Below, one piece after another: positions 12,171 through 24,350 of a stretch of 64,000 bases of DNA. The position numbers and the translations under genes are program-made. Numbering within the stretch: position 1 is the first letter of the stretch; the number at the start of each line of letters is the position of its first letter. Below the pieces are notes generated by a model. It did no database searches and was not told the origin of the DNA. It worked only from the letters and a program-made list of their open reading frames with translations. Source of the stretch: Raillietiella orientalis. Lineage: Eukaryota. Location of the stretch: positions 3,348,001 to 3,412,000 of the forward strand of contig JAYWIR010000001.1 in NCBI GenBank assembly GCA_036172245.1, given 5' to 3'.

Positions 12171-15100
12171 TGAGAACAGGCATGATTAGGGTTCATCCTG
12201 CCACAACACAAACAAATTATGTAAGCGACCAAAATTCTCGGATTTCAAGAGTCGCTTCGAAAGCATCTAGCAGAAGTGAAAGGAAAGGAACAAATGTGTC
12301 TTACGTGTGTTGCGAAAACCAAAGTTTGCCTTAGTCGTATTCAGTTCATGGAAATAGATTCTACGAGAATGCATTCCTATAAATCGAATGTACAAGAATC
12401 GGGTTGAATAGGAAACATGAAAACATATTCAAGAATGCACAGATACATTCTGAATTTTGCAAATTGTTAGTGACATCTCCAGAGTTTCTGTTGAATGCTT
12501 TACAAGTGAGACTTCTTCATTTCCTTAGAAAGAGCGTATCTTCCGAATGCTACGTTCCATTTGTTCGAATTCGTGCATTTTGAAAAGTCGCTTGGAAAGA
12601 TAATCATTTGAATACTAAAAGAGCCGCCTGAAGCCCACTTTGCCATCAAAAATTGGTTACTGCATTAATCTCGAAGACCTGTTTAGAATGCATATAGCTT
12701 CATTTATATTGTACCCGATAATGGACAGTGTAAACAGACCATCTGAAGATTACGAAACCATCCTAAATATTTTCTAAAGTACTGCATAGAGGGTCTATAA
12801 CATGCAGACGATCTCCGCATTTGGGACTGGTTGGCTATGGTACGCAACTGTGTACGGGGAGCTCCCATTTCCCATAGGCTCGAAGTTAGGAATGAGCATT
12901 CCATTCTTGAAAGTTCATTTTATGCTATTAACTGCCAAACGCGACCGAAGAAATAAGCGAAAAGTAAACGAAAACGAAGAGCAAGCGTGAATATGCAACG
13001 GTGAATATAAAGTAAATACGACATCTTCCGGCCTAAAGACAAAACAAAGCACTGAAATGGAAAAAACTGACATCTATCCGACCTTAATCAGAGTCTCTGA
13101 CCGACTACAAAATAAACATCGTTTCCCTGTGATGGGATGCAATTCCTAAACAGACTGTAAGTTGATAGCTCCTACGTCTCATACAAAAAATAGTGGTAAG
13201 TGCGAGGTTCCATACTCCTCCCTTTCCTCTGAATGTTCTGAACTCGTGGAATTAAGAAATGAGGCAATAGCAGAGATATTTTCGTTTGACTGGCACAAAA
13301 GTTGTTACTTCTTGGTACTATCAAGTTAGCAACTTTTACTCTTCGGATAAATATTGTGGACTCTTTTTTGATAGAGATTTAATTTTTTTTTTCTTATTCG
13401 TGTGTATGCAACTGTACACCGTAGCAATGGGATTCTTTTCATCGATTGTCCGTTTTTAGAATCACATATTGGAACTTCGGTTCTCTCAGTTTAGATTCCC
13501 AGTTTCTTTTCACACAACGGTCGTTTTCTTTGAATCTGAACTCCTATAAAAGAAAGAATCCGTATAATGATTTTAGCATGAGACAGGCTTCATCTGAATG
13601 TGAGGAACCTTCTTTGCCAACGGCCATGATATGTGCCTCATTGAGATTCGAATGTTTTATAGAGATGTTTCATGCACATCAACGAAGTGATGTTCATGAC
13701 ATTACAGCCATGCTGTTCTGGATTCTTGATGAATCCAATTCCGATAGAAGTCCATTCAGTTACATTAGGTAGATGCGTTGCTTTTCTTGACTTTATTGTT
13801 TATTTTGCTATTCTATATGGTGCGTACTCTGCTTTTCTATTTGAATGACTACAAAGTTTCCTCGTATGTATTCTCGTATGGCCCTTCTCTATATTAATCC
13901 TCACTGTTCATTATCTTTCTAGAGCATGTTGGTCTTAATACTCACTTTTAATGTATTGTAGTTACGTGTATCAAACCGAATTGCAACAGTTCAATGAAGC
14001 TGCACTTACGAGACTTGGTAGATTCAGCCAAAGCCAAAAAAAACTAATTCTTCCTTGCAGACTCAATCTTGACATTTACTTTTATTTTAATAGCGAAATT
14101 GCTGCTTGAGTACATGGAAGAGACCACTGCACCTAGCTTATTGAAGTGTTTTAGGTAGGAGTGCTCTGTCTTCCGTCAGCAATCTCAAACATGAATCTCT
14201 GATGTACTTAAGTGAAGAGGTAATGGGTTTTACTTATTTAATATCTTGGTGCAGATGCTGTCATGCAAAAATAAATCTTCCACGAGTCCTTGATTTCTTA
14301 ATAAAAAACGAAACAAAACATAAACAATTGTCTTTTTCTAGCGGCTGTTCCTCCCAAGCGATTGAAGAGTTTTGCAAACACTCCCTCTCCCCCCCTTATT
14401 GTCTTTTTGAAGTTCCTTCGTAGCTTTGTGGATTGCTATAGACAGGTTTCATCTATACAACATACGAAGCATTTTTTCGTGATCATTTTTATAGTTTGAG
14501 GAACTGTCGTCTATGAAAAAAAAAGAACGTGAAAACATACGGACTGGACAATGGATTTCAGTTTTTTTTTTTTTTTTAAAGCTTTAATTTGGGAGGGGGG
14601 GATGCATGAATTCATGCAGTAGGAGCACCAAAGATAAGTATCAGCATGCTTATTTTGTGTTGTGCGACGTTGACTAGTATTTCGAAAAATAGTGAGGAAT
14701 TTATTGTTTAATAAGGCAAACACAAGTTATTGACCAAGGAAAACAACACGAGGACATTGAGGTAGAAAACATTCGACAAACTTCAATTTAGAATCTCGAA
14801 CATGAAAAAAAATAACAATAAAAAAATTCAGTTGCTTGAACTGAGCACGAGGGAAAATTACGTCACTAGATTGAGAAATAACTGATGAAGAAAGTTGTAG
14901 AAATACCACCACCACAAAACTCGAACTAGCACGAGCAAAATAGTTCGGTTTTAGAATTAACGAACTGAAACGCAAGGAAAAGATTCGGTTATAAATTCCT
15001 ATTCCAAATATTTCCAAAATCACACAAACAAACATGCAATGAATAACTCTTCACAGGAAAGCTGAAAACGTGCCCAGAGCTTTTCCGTGTGCTGTCCTTT

Positions 15101-16460
15101 TTCGCTGGTTCCTGTTGCGCTGGGAATCGTGACGAGCGTACAAGCTGTGGGTGAGCAGGTGTGTAGTTCAGAAAAAATTTACAAGGGAAGACACATCCTA
15201 TTCTACATGATTAACCTGTTTGTTATCCATCTTCCGAAGCATTGAATCGTACTAAAATTAAAAGTAGGCTTACAATTTTTCGTAATACATCGTAAGTTCA
15301 CAGATGCAGTATGAGTACTTGGACATATTTCTGAGAAATGCTTCAAGTAACAAAGCACGCAACATTGTATTGCAAAATTCCAACCACCCTGTTATAAGTT
15401 CGAATGAAAATTCAAGTATCCACAAAAACTTAAAATGAAAATTTTTTTAAACACTTGCTAAGAAATTCATATCTGTTGTGAATGATTTTAGTGGGTGGTA
15501 CAAAGGCGATGTTCCGTATATTGTCCGATCTCCAAAAACCGCGCAGATCTCATAATCTTTGCACATTGGTAAATTTCTCGACGAGATATCGAATGATGAA
15601 TGAGCAAGTTGTGAAAGAGTTAAGTTTCATCATGTAGCACACCAAGCATGTCAACCTGCAGCCCTGAGCATCAGATGTGAACAAGTAGATATAAGAGTTC
15701 TATATGAGTGGAACCCCATTCTGCATGAACTATTGAAAATTAAGTGGAAATAGTAAGTCTGAGTGGATTTTTTAATCGTAGCTGCTTAATTGTAAAAGCA
15801 GATTAATTATGGGTGACAGTGAAGGGTTGGAGTATAACTTTGCATTCGTTTGACTGAATTGGCTAATATGCAAGAAATTTAAGAAGGGATCGTGCATTTC
15901 TCATTCATAAGGAGCAAAACAATCAGCAGGAAACAAACAAGGATATATGTAATAAGGATTAGATCCCATTTACGTTAATAGAGTTCTTATAATCACTTCA
16001 TATTAGCAATGATGGACTCTGATTTTTTTAATAGATGCTAAGTTGTGTCTTATCAATATAAGTTTTAATTTCAACAGTTGGGGTGCAGGACTTTCCAAAC
16101 CCCAACTGTCTGCAGATCAATCAGTTACTTTTTACTATCTTTTACTTACAATTCCTAAGATCCAGGACTTTCACCTTGTTCACTAATATAGTTAAACTCA
16201 ACTAGCTTACTATTTCAAGATTGGTATTTCTCATTGGACAGAATCAGTTCCATAAAGGCATCTTATGTAACAATTGATATTTTTAGTAACTGTAGTGGAT
16301 TTCTGTACTATATTGCTAGTAAATATCCTCCAGCAAGACAACATTCAGTAAGGTGATTGAACTCAGCAACATACTACACATATTGATTTGCAAATTCATT
16401 AAATAAAATTGTTCTCAGTAGTATATTGATATTCAGAAGCAGGGAAAATAATGAACTATT

Positions 16461-19400
16461 TTATAGGATACTATCATCACTGCCAATTATTGATTTGATC
16501 CTCATAGCCAGGCTTGGCAAATATGAGATGAGTTTTTGAACATTGGAATGCACTTGACCAAATTCTTTGGATCCAGTAGCATTTTTCTGTATGGAATCCC
16601 CTGCACATTTACCACTGACTGTCTCAAAGTCTAGCATATCAATTATAGGACAACGTAATACAGTTCCTAAAATTGGATAGTGATGCATTTCCTCATTACC
16701 ACTTGAGGGATTAATTTCTTCTGGCAGATGATCCAACAAGAGCTGCCATGCTTTTTTGTATGCTTCACTAAGCAGTATACCAGGAACTGCTCCCAACAGT
16801 GGCAAAATATCATGCAACTCTGTAATCTGCACTTAAGATTAGTGCTCATTAGGTTTAAGAATTTAAACACTAACCATTTCCCGTGAACACATTTGAGAAA
16901 GAATCACAATCCAGTATTGTGGCTTTAATTTAAACATGAGGCATGCATGTGCAGCTAACCAACATGCTGCACTGGTGTGCTGCGAAGTTAGCTTTTCTAG
17001 CCAAGTATCCACATCGAAATCGGACGAAAAAACGTGTTTCTGCATGAAGCCAAGCTGATGCAGACGATTTTGAAATGCCAGTAGTTTCCCATTATCCCTG
17101 CTATTGTTAGAAAAGTTGTTGTTAGTAAGCTACTTACCTAAGTTTGGGAAGGTTCCCAACATAAGCACTGTCAATCTGCTGCTCATTTAAAGATTGCAGC
17201 AGGAAACAGTGACACAGCATCCTACAGATAGGAGATTGGGAAGTTTTTTCTGCAGCCTGATGCAAAACATAGTGATGCAGTTCCTTGCAACCATCCACCA
17301 ATAACAAAGTTGTCCTAGTTAGAAATGGTATAAATATAGACTAGTAAAGCAGCAATATATTACAACCTTAGATTGCCATCTTGTTTTTTGTTTGCAGAAA
17401 GTTCAGTGGAAACGAGGAATAAAAGTTTATCAAAAGTGGCTGTTTGGACAAGTGGCAAATTCAGATGATGAATTTGGCTTATGAATTTAACACATTGTTC
17501 GATTTCCCTCCAACAATATACAGGTCCTTTTGTATACAGATGAACAATTAATTCACTGGGATCAACATTATGTAGTGGAAAGGCCCAGGACATTCCAAAC
17601 ATCTTTAATGCTTGCTGGGTAGCCAAATTGACATAAGTTTGGTATTGCTGAAAGGATCTTCTATAGCCCAAGCGCTCAGAAAGCTCGTAACAGTACTGGG
17701 ATGCTATCATTCTATCATAACCAGGTGGAAGTTGTCGAATCAACTTGTTTCCATATAAAAAGACATTCTCCTTGGAAACCATATTTGCTAAACATTGACA
17801 GACTTTGCTCAACACATGATTACGCTGAGACCACAGTTCCCAATCTGAGCTTTGAAGATTCTGCAAGCTCATTTGCAATAAGTTATATGCTGCTAAATAA
17901 TGCAGCTTGTCGCAACACAAATTCAAAATAGGGGCAATGGTCAACCAATGACTCAGATTGTCCATGGTTACCTCAGGATCTGGTTCACAATACAAACTGC
18001 ACAAGTTAATCTTACTTACTTATTATGGTCCATTTGTTATCAGTATTCAAGAGCAAACAAGGCAAACGAGACTGAGCTAAAGAAGGAAGCTTCAGAGAGT
18101 CGGGAAACATTTCCATCCACTTCTCTAGTTCAACTGCTGAGGGAGGACTAACTCTGTGATAATCCTGGAGTAGCTGCAAAAGCAGCAATGCTGGAGGAAT
18201 AAGAGCATGGTCTGACATAACCAAGTGATGACGAAGCTTCTCCACTTCCTTCAAGATGAAGTTGAGTATTTCATAAAAATACCAGGATAACTACAAAGCC
18301 ATTGTCCTCTGCTGAATTCATAATCAAAGGACTATACTTTAGGGATCGCAGTTTCCAACAGAGACAATAAATTCGGTGATGGTGGACAACACTGGACAAT
18401 TTTCTGTATAGACTGCAAGTGCTGATCATAGTTTGCCTTAACTGGAAACTCATCTAACAGTATTTTCAGGCAATCCAATAGCATTCGGTCATGAGGTAAA
18501 TCAAATGCTGTGCTGAAGTCCTTCATCAACGTCAGATCAAACTTAGACTGAGTGGATGCAAGAGCCTGAAGTAGCTGTTGGGAGTCATTCTGCTTTATAA
18601 TGGTTTCTGGGAAATGACTTTTAATATACAAATTATGTTTTTTCAACTCACCTGCACTACCAATTTTTATTTTATGTAACTTTTCAGTCCACTGTGCTTG
18701 CTGACACATAGAAAGAAAATAAAAAATATTGGGATGGTCAGTGTGACCTGTATAGCACAAAAAACAGATAGCCAACTGAGCAATTAAACTACAAGAAGTT
18801 GCATCCTGAGCACGGTTGCAAAAAGCACGGAGGCACTTTTCTGCAACTTCAGCTGGAAGCATAGAAAGAAAAGCAAACGCCAGAATGATCTTAGGACTCG
18901 TTAAGTCACAGCTAGCATCTTGGAGAGCAAGTAAGGAACATCGGAGCATTTGATCAAGATCATAGCAGATGTGTTCATGCTAGAACTTGTTTGAATACTT
19001 TAAAAGAATGAAATTACTGACCTGAAGCAATTTTTTATCAAGGTGCAGAAAACATAAAATTGCAGTTGCATGCATTAGTACTGATAAAAGCAAATCTAAA
19101 TGTCCTAACTGCCGTAATCTTTGCAATAGATTCTCTATTTGAATGAAATCTATTGGATGATCTTTATTTGACCACTTGACTAAGGGAGCAGTTAATATAT
19201 ATTTGCTTATTGAGAGATCCGGCTTAGTTGCTTCACAGTATATATTTTCACCCGTATGAATCAGAGGACACAAATAATCACCCAACAATTGGACTGATAA
19301 TGCACACTTGTCCCAGTCCAACCGCTGAGACAAGGAATCCACGAGGTGAAGACTTGCCATCCATTTACAAGCAGAAACCAGATGATCTGATGAAATTAAA

Positions 19401-22400
19401 GTAGAAAAGATTTATTGACACTTACTAGAGCTAAGGCATACAGAAAGACATGGGAACATTTCTTGGAACAACACTAGGACTTCATTATAAAATGCCTGCT
19501 TATCATACAAGCATTGCTGCATCAAGAGCTTCAAGAAATCAAAAACAGCATTGGCACAGGAACTAGTCATTTGATGTCCGCATAATTTTCTGTTTTTCAG
19601 ATCCATTATCAGGACGTAAGACCCTGTTTATTTTGCCAACCTTAACAACTGAAGTAGAGCGGGCATTTTAGTTTGCTTCCACAATAGCTGGCATGCAAGC
19701 AGCACAATCCACTGAGAATCAACACCTAGTAAGTACCCTACTCGAAGCCACTGCAAATAATCCACATTCTCTTCCTAGCAGGTAAAATAAGGAAAGTGAT
19801 ATCTTCAGCGCCTTACCTTGGCTATAAGGTATTCCACAGCATTTTCAGCTTGCTGGATATTTCCCATTTGCAAAAATGGCACAGAGATACCAAATTCGAC
19901 CTACAAAACATGAGCAGCAATTTCACAAAATTTACATCATTCACCTTTAATTGTACAGTTTTTTTGAGCTTCAGAAGTTGTTCTGTGCATGAGTGCCATT
20001 GCTGCTGAGGTAAAAAAGATTTCAAATAACAACATAGTACTTTGATTTGCTTAAGCCAAAGAACAGGATCTTCACATTCAGACCCCAAGTACATTTCAGA
20101 ATAAACAAGGATCTGCTCCAATAGATCAGAAACATATTCCTTCGGAATACACCGCATCTGAATCAGCTGCTCATCAAAGTCACAATGATGCAAGCACATA
20201 AGAACCCAAGAGAAATAGATATGACCAGGAGTTATAACTCGACAGCATTGACAGATGAGAAGTGCATCCTGCACTCCCCCAATTTTTCGATTTTGTGATA
20301 AGATGTGTTGGACTAAAATCTGAAGCCGAACGGGAAAATGCAGGTATAAAACAGTCATCACTTACACGTGCCTGAGATGGACAAGAAATCAGATCCAGAT
20401 TAAGATTAGACAAACCATATCGTCCCAATGCAAAACGAAGAGATGCTTGACTACGCTGAAGGGCAATATCGTTCACAAGTGGGTGACAACAAATGCACAA
20501 GGATTCAGTTAACCCACTGAACTGTTGTGACCAAGGAACAGATACCCATCGGCATAGTTGTAATAACACTTGAAGACGAACATCTTCCCGAGGAATCCAG
20601 CACAGCAATTCTATTAATTTGGCTTCCAGACTGGCAGTTAGGCTGACACCAGCACAATGTATACATGCTTCCTTCCCAACTTCTAACTGCTGCCATAATT
20701 AGTTTGTTAGTAGACTACCTGTATATAGTCACTCAACAGAATGCTAGGGTCCAACTGTTGCTTGCGCATAATTTCAAACAAGAAATTTCGGATCTGCTGC
20801 AATTCTTTAGGATACATGAGCTGGTTCAAACAATACTGAATGAGCTTTTGTGGATTGCTCTAAAAAAAAATCCACTATTAATTACTTTTAATTAATACAC
20901 CTACCAAAAAGAATTCTGACAAAGGTACTTTAATGCAGAAGTCATTTGCAAGAACTCTGACATCCATAAGAATCTGAAGAACTTGGGACAGGCTGTACCA
21001 GAAGGATCCAGAGCCAGGATCACCCTGGAGACACTGAATTTCATCCATATTGGAATATGTTTGCAGCACTTCCTCGATTAGTAAAATTAATGCATCCAAA
21101 CATTCTGGATCTGGTGGCAAACTCCTAAAGGATTCTTTACCTACACAAAATGTAACCACATACCATGCACATTCCTGTAACCAGGTGCTAATAACTTCTA
21201 ATCCAGAGCAGCTCTGCTGTATCCACAAAGGTAAGATCCAACATCTAAAGGCTTTCAGCACTTCAAAAAGAGGCTCTATATTGTGCAAGGCACAAAGAAA
21301 TGATTTGAGAGATTCTGCAGAATAAGGCAATAATCCCAGTTCCACACCAATGCTGAATAGGATCATTCCTGTCCTTAATCTCCCCTACGAAATATTCATT
21401 TAAGTTGATCTAATTAAATTCCATGCCTGCCTGCTCCAAAACTCGAACAGATAATATTAATTTATCTTGCTCAAAAAATCCAGGCCACAATCTGACATAT
21501 TCATCAGCACTGGAGAAAGCTTCCATAAATAGGTGGAGATTTCGCCATGCATTACACAAAGATTCCAGGCCCAGATAATCCGAGTTGAGCTAAGAAATGT
21601 GCAATCAATAAAAACTTCCGAACCTCATAATGTATATAAGCAGCCAACCTGAATTCTATCAATAACAAGCATGAGTACTGCTTTTAGATTTTCTGGGGAA
21701 TATGAGTAGGTGCAAGAAGCAAAATCCACAACAAAGTCCACATCTTCTATTTGGCGTAGGCAATCCAAGAGTTCAAGAAGTTTGTCTTTCGAGTTCTCAG
21801 AGTGCACTTCATGAGATAACTGCTCTCCTAACATGAAAGCCTGTCTCTGTAAAATCAAATCCATGCTCAGATTACATTGGGCAGCTAATTGTTTGCCTTC
21901 ATTAAATTTTCCTTTCAGCAGAAGATGATCTAGCCTATATTACTTGGACAACCTTGGGCTGCTTTCAGTAGTGCGATTTACCTATTGATAGCATCAATAC
22001 AGTGGATTTGGTGAAGGGAAAATTTCTTCTGTTCATAGTTCCCCTCTAAAAGATATGTAACGTCTGCTGCACCCACAAGATCATATAGAGATCCCATAGA
22101 TGCATCTATAACTAGATGATGTACTAGTTGTTGTGGAAATAATTGCCAGACCTAACATACTTGAAAAGTATATAGTAATACTTGAAAAGTCTGCTACCTG
22201 TAATTCATAGTGATCACTCAGATCTGATAAAACCAGTAATGATGAATTAGACAACACATCAGAGTGAAGAACAACAAAGTCTTGCACTGAAGTTATGCTT
22301 TTCCACCAATAGCAGACTGTAAACGTTATTGAGGAAAGTAGCAATAATTGACGATTTTTTGTCAATATTAAAAAATATCTACCAAATGTTGACAAATATT

Positions 22401-23357
22401 ATGCAGCTATCGACTTACCTTTCTTTATGAGTCTGAGCTACTTTGATAGGAATATCTTTTCCCAAAGCTTCCAAAGGGACAATATCATGGGCAAAATCTT
22501 TGTTCCATTGAAAAAAATGTACAAACATTTTATCTAAGACCAACAGGAAAGAACCTAATAACCAGAATTCAATGACTTGCATATCGAGTTTTCCCACAGA
22601 ATGAACAAATAATTTTTCATGATTCAAATGAAATCCAGTCTCTATTTCCTTCCAATTAATAGGTCCAAAACTGCTCACGAGAACTTATATGTAACGAGAT
22701 CCAGTTTAAGATTGCTATGCTTACCATAATATGAGCCCTGTTTCTGAAAGGGCGTATAAATTTTTCCCTATTTCATCCATCCACAAAAAAATTATATTTT
22801 GAGAATCATCAAAGATATGATTTAAAGGTACAGATACTGGACACATATTTGTAAGAACATGCAAAAGATGAACATAACACTTTTCAGTGACAATTATCCA
22901 CTGCTCATCTGCAGAAAATTGCACAGTTTTCACCGGTGACTTAAGATTTGCTGCTATTTTCACTTCGTGATTTTCTATTGATATCACATATAGACTATTT
23001 TCTATTGCAACACAAACATGGTTTTTGGACACGAGAATTTTGTGGACTGGAAGTTCTTCAATCTACATTAAAGATAAACTGTAAGTGATTGGAAATGATT
23101 CAAAACTCGACTCTCGGATTCATACTTTTGAGTCACTTCAAATAATTACAGCTTTATTGTGAAATATTAACTTTGTTACACTGCAAGAAAAAAAGAACAC
23201 GTTTTTATTTGCTTACCTCCAAAGAGGATTTTATCACGGCAACTGTTTTTATGTTGAAAAACAAATCATTTTCATTAGAAATCAGCCTCTCGAAAACAGC
23301 AGTTTCATCTTCAGGTATGCTTGCAATAGTATCCCAGCATCCTTTTGTTTCAGCCAT
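16461..23357 (-). CDS. KNTC1: Kinetochore-associated protein 1 / Rough deal (ROD) homolog, multi-exon
   Basis: ATG at 23357 (MAETKGCWDTIASIPEDETAVF). Exons traced: 23357-23217, 23062-22725, ~22670-22419, 22378-22198, 22151-21982, then further exons with ~40-55 nt introns. ROD-like segments: N-terminal propeller (CVAIENSLYVI...VKTVQFSADEQWIIVTEKCYVHLLHV), RLDHLLLKGKFNEGKQLA, and C-terminal KKAWQLLL...VLRCPII. The middle exon boundaries were not all resolved. The stop at 16461 is taken from the last ORF. Confidence 0.85.
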
Positions 23358-24274
23358 TGGTTTATTCAGTTAAAAAACACATTTGGTTGCATGCTCGGAC
23401 ACAAACAAAGCATTGTTAGATTAGATACCGAATATTGAAGCTATAAAGTTAACATCTTTTCCAAACAGAAGCCCGTAACATCCAACATTGGACCATGAAA
23501 CATCTGTTTATTTTGATAAGCATTTGTATTTCCCACACAAAAAGGGAGGTTACCAGTACCACAGCAATAATACTGGTTCAATAAACTTGAAATCGTCACT
23601 ATTAATTTAAAAACATTTCTAGATTTTCAGTGCTGTATAACTCAGATATTTTTCTATTTCTTCTTAAAGAATTATCAATAAATTGAAATGCGCTATAATC
23701 CTTTGTTCAAAATTTACAAACAGTAAAATGCATAATTAATTTAGAGTATAGCCGAAAATCCACACCGACACCGTGCTGCTAAGAAATGAAAAGTTAAAAT
23801 GAATGTAACAAACAAGCTTAGAATTATATTTGTACTTTTAGGGATGAGATATTACAATTGATTTTCTATGATCCCGGTTTAATTTATATTGTGACTAACC
23901 AAAAGATTTCTGCAGAATATCACGTAAAGATCAACGATTCCCAGACGAGTAGGTAAATCTAATTATTACATAAAAAATTCTTTCGAGGTTTTCATTAGTT
24001 TACATTAAGCTAGCGCTCTGAAATTTGTTCAAAAAGGGTGAAGAAAAAGCAAGCTTCAGTGTAAAGTTGATTCAATGAAATATAATTATTAGTAAACTAT
24101 TACGGAGATAAAGTGCAATTTGTCGTATTCTTAGAATTCATGAGAACTGATTTTGTAAAAATTTTAGGAATTCTAGCAAATGGTATTTTTGAAACCACAT
24201 ATTGGAATTGTATTTTTGAAAATTCTTAAAAAGAAAAAAAGCTGGAAGGAAAACAGCTAAGACAGAAGAAAAAG

Positions 24275-24350
24275 AAGAACCCAAGGATTTCCATCGTCCT
24301 AGGCCAATAGTAACGATCTCCTCGTGGTGTCGCTATTGGCCTTTAAAAAA
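24275..24350 (+). repeat. Isolated retroposon-type 3' hairpin + A-run
   Basis: Perfect 10-bp stem AGGCCAATAG (24301-24310) / CTATTGGCCT (24333-24342), then ttaaaaaa. Homologous to the reverse complement of 46121-46200. Confidence 0.65.

Noticed and set aside
24301-24342. TCCTCGTGG suggesting an HDV-like ribozyme
   Set aside because: P2, P4 and J4/2 cannot be formed. It is a simple hairpin before an A-run.
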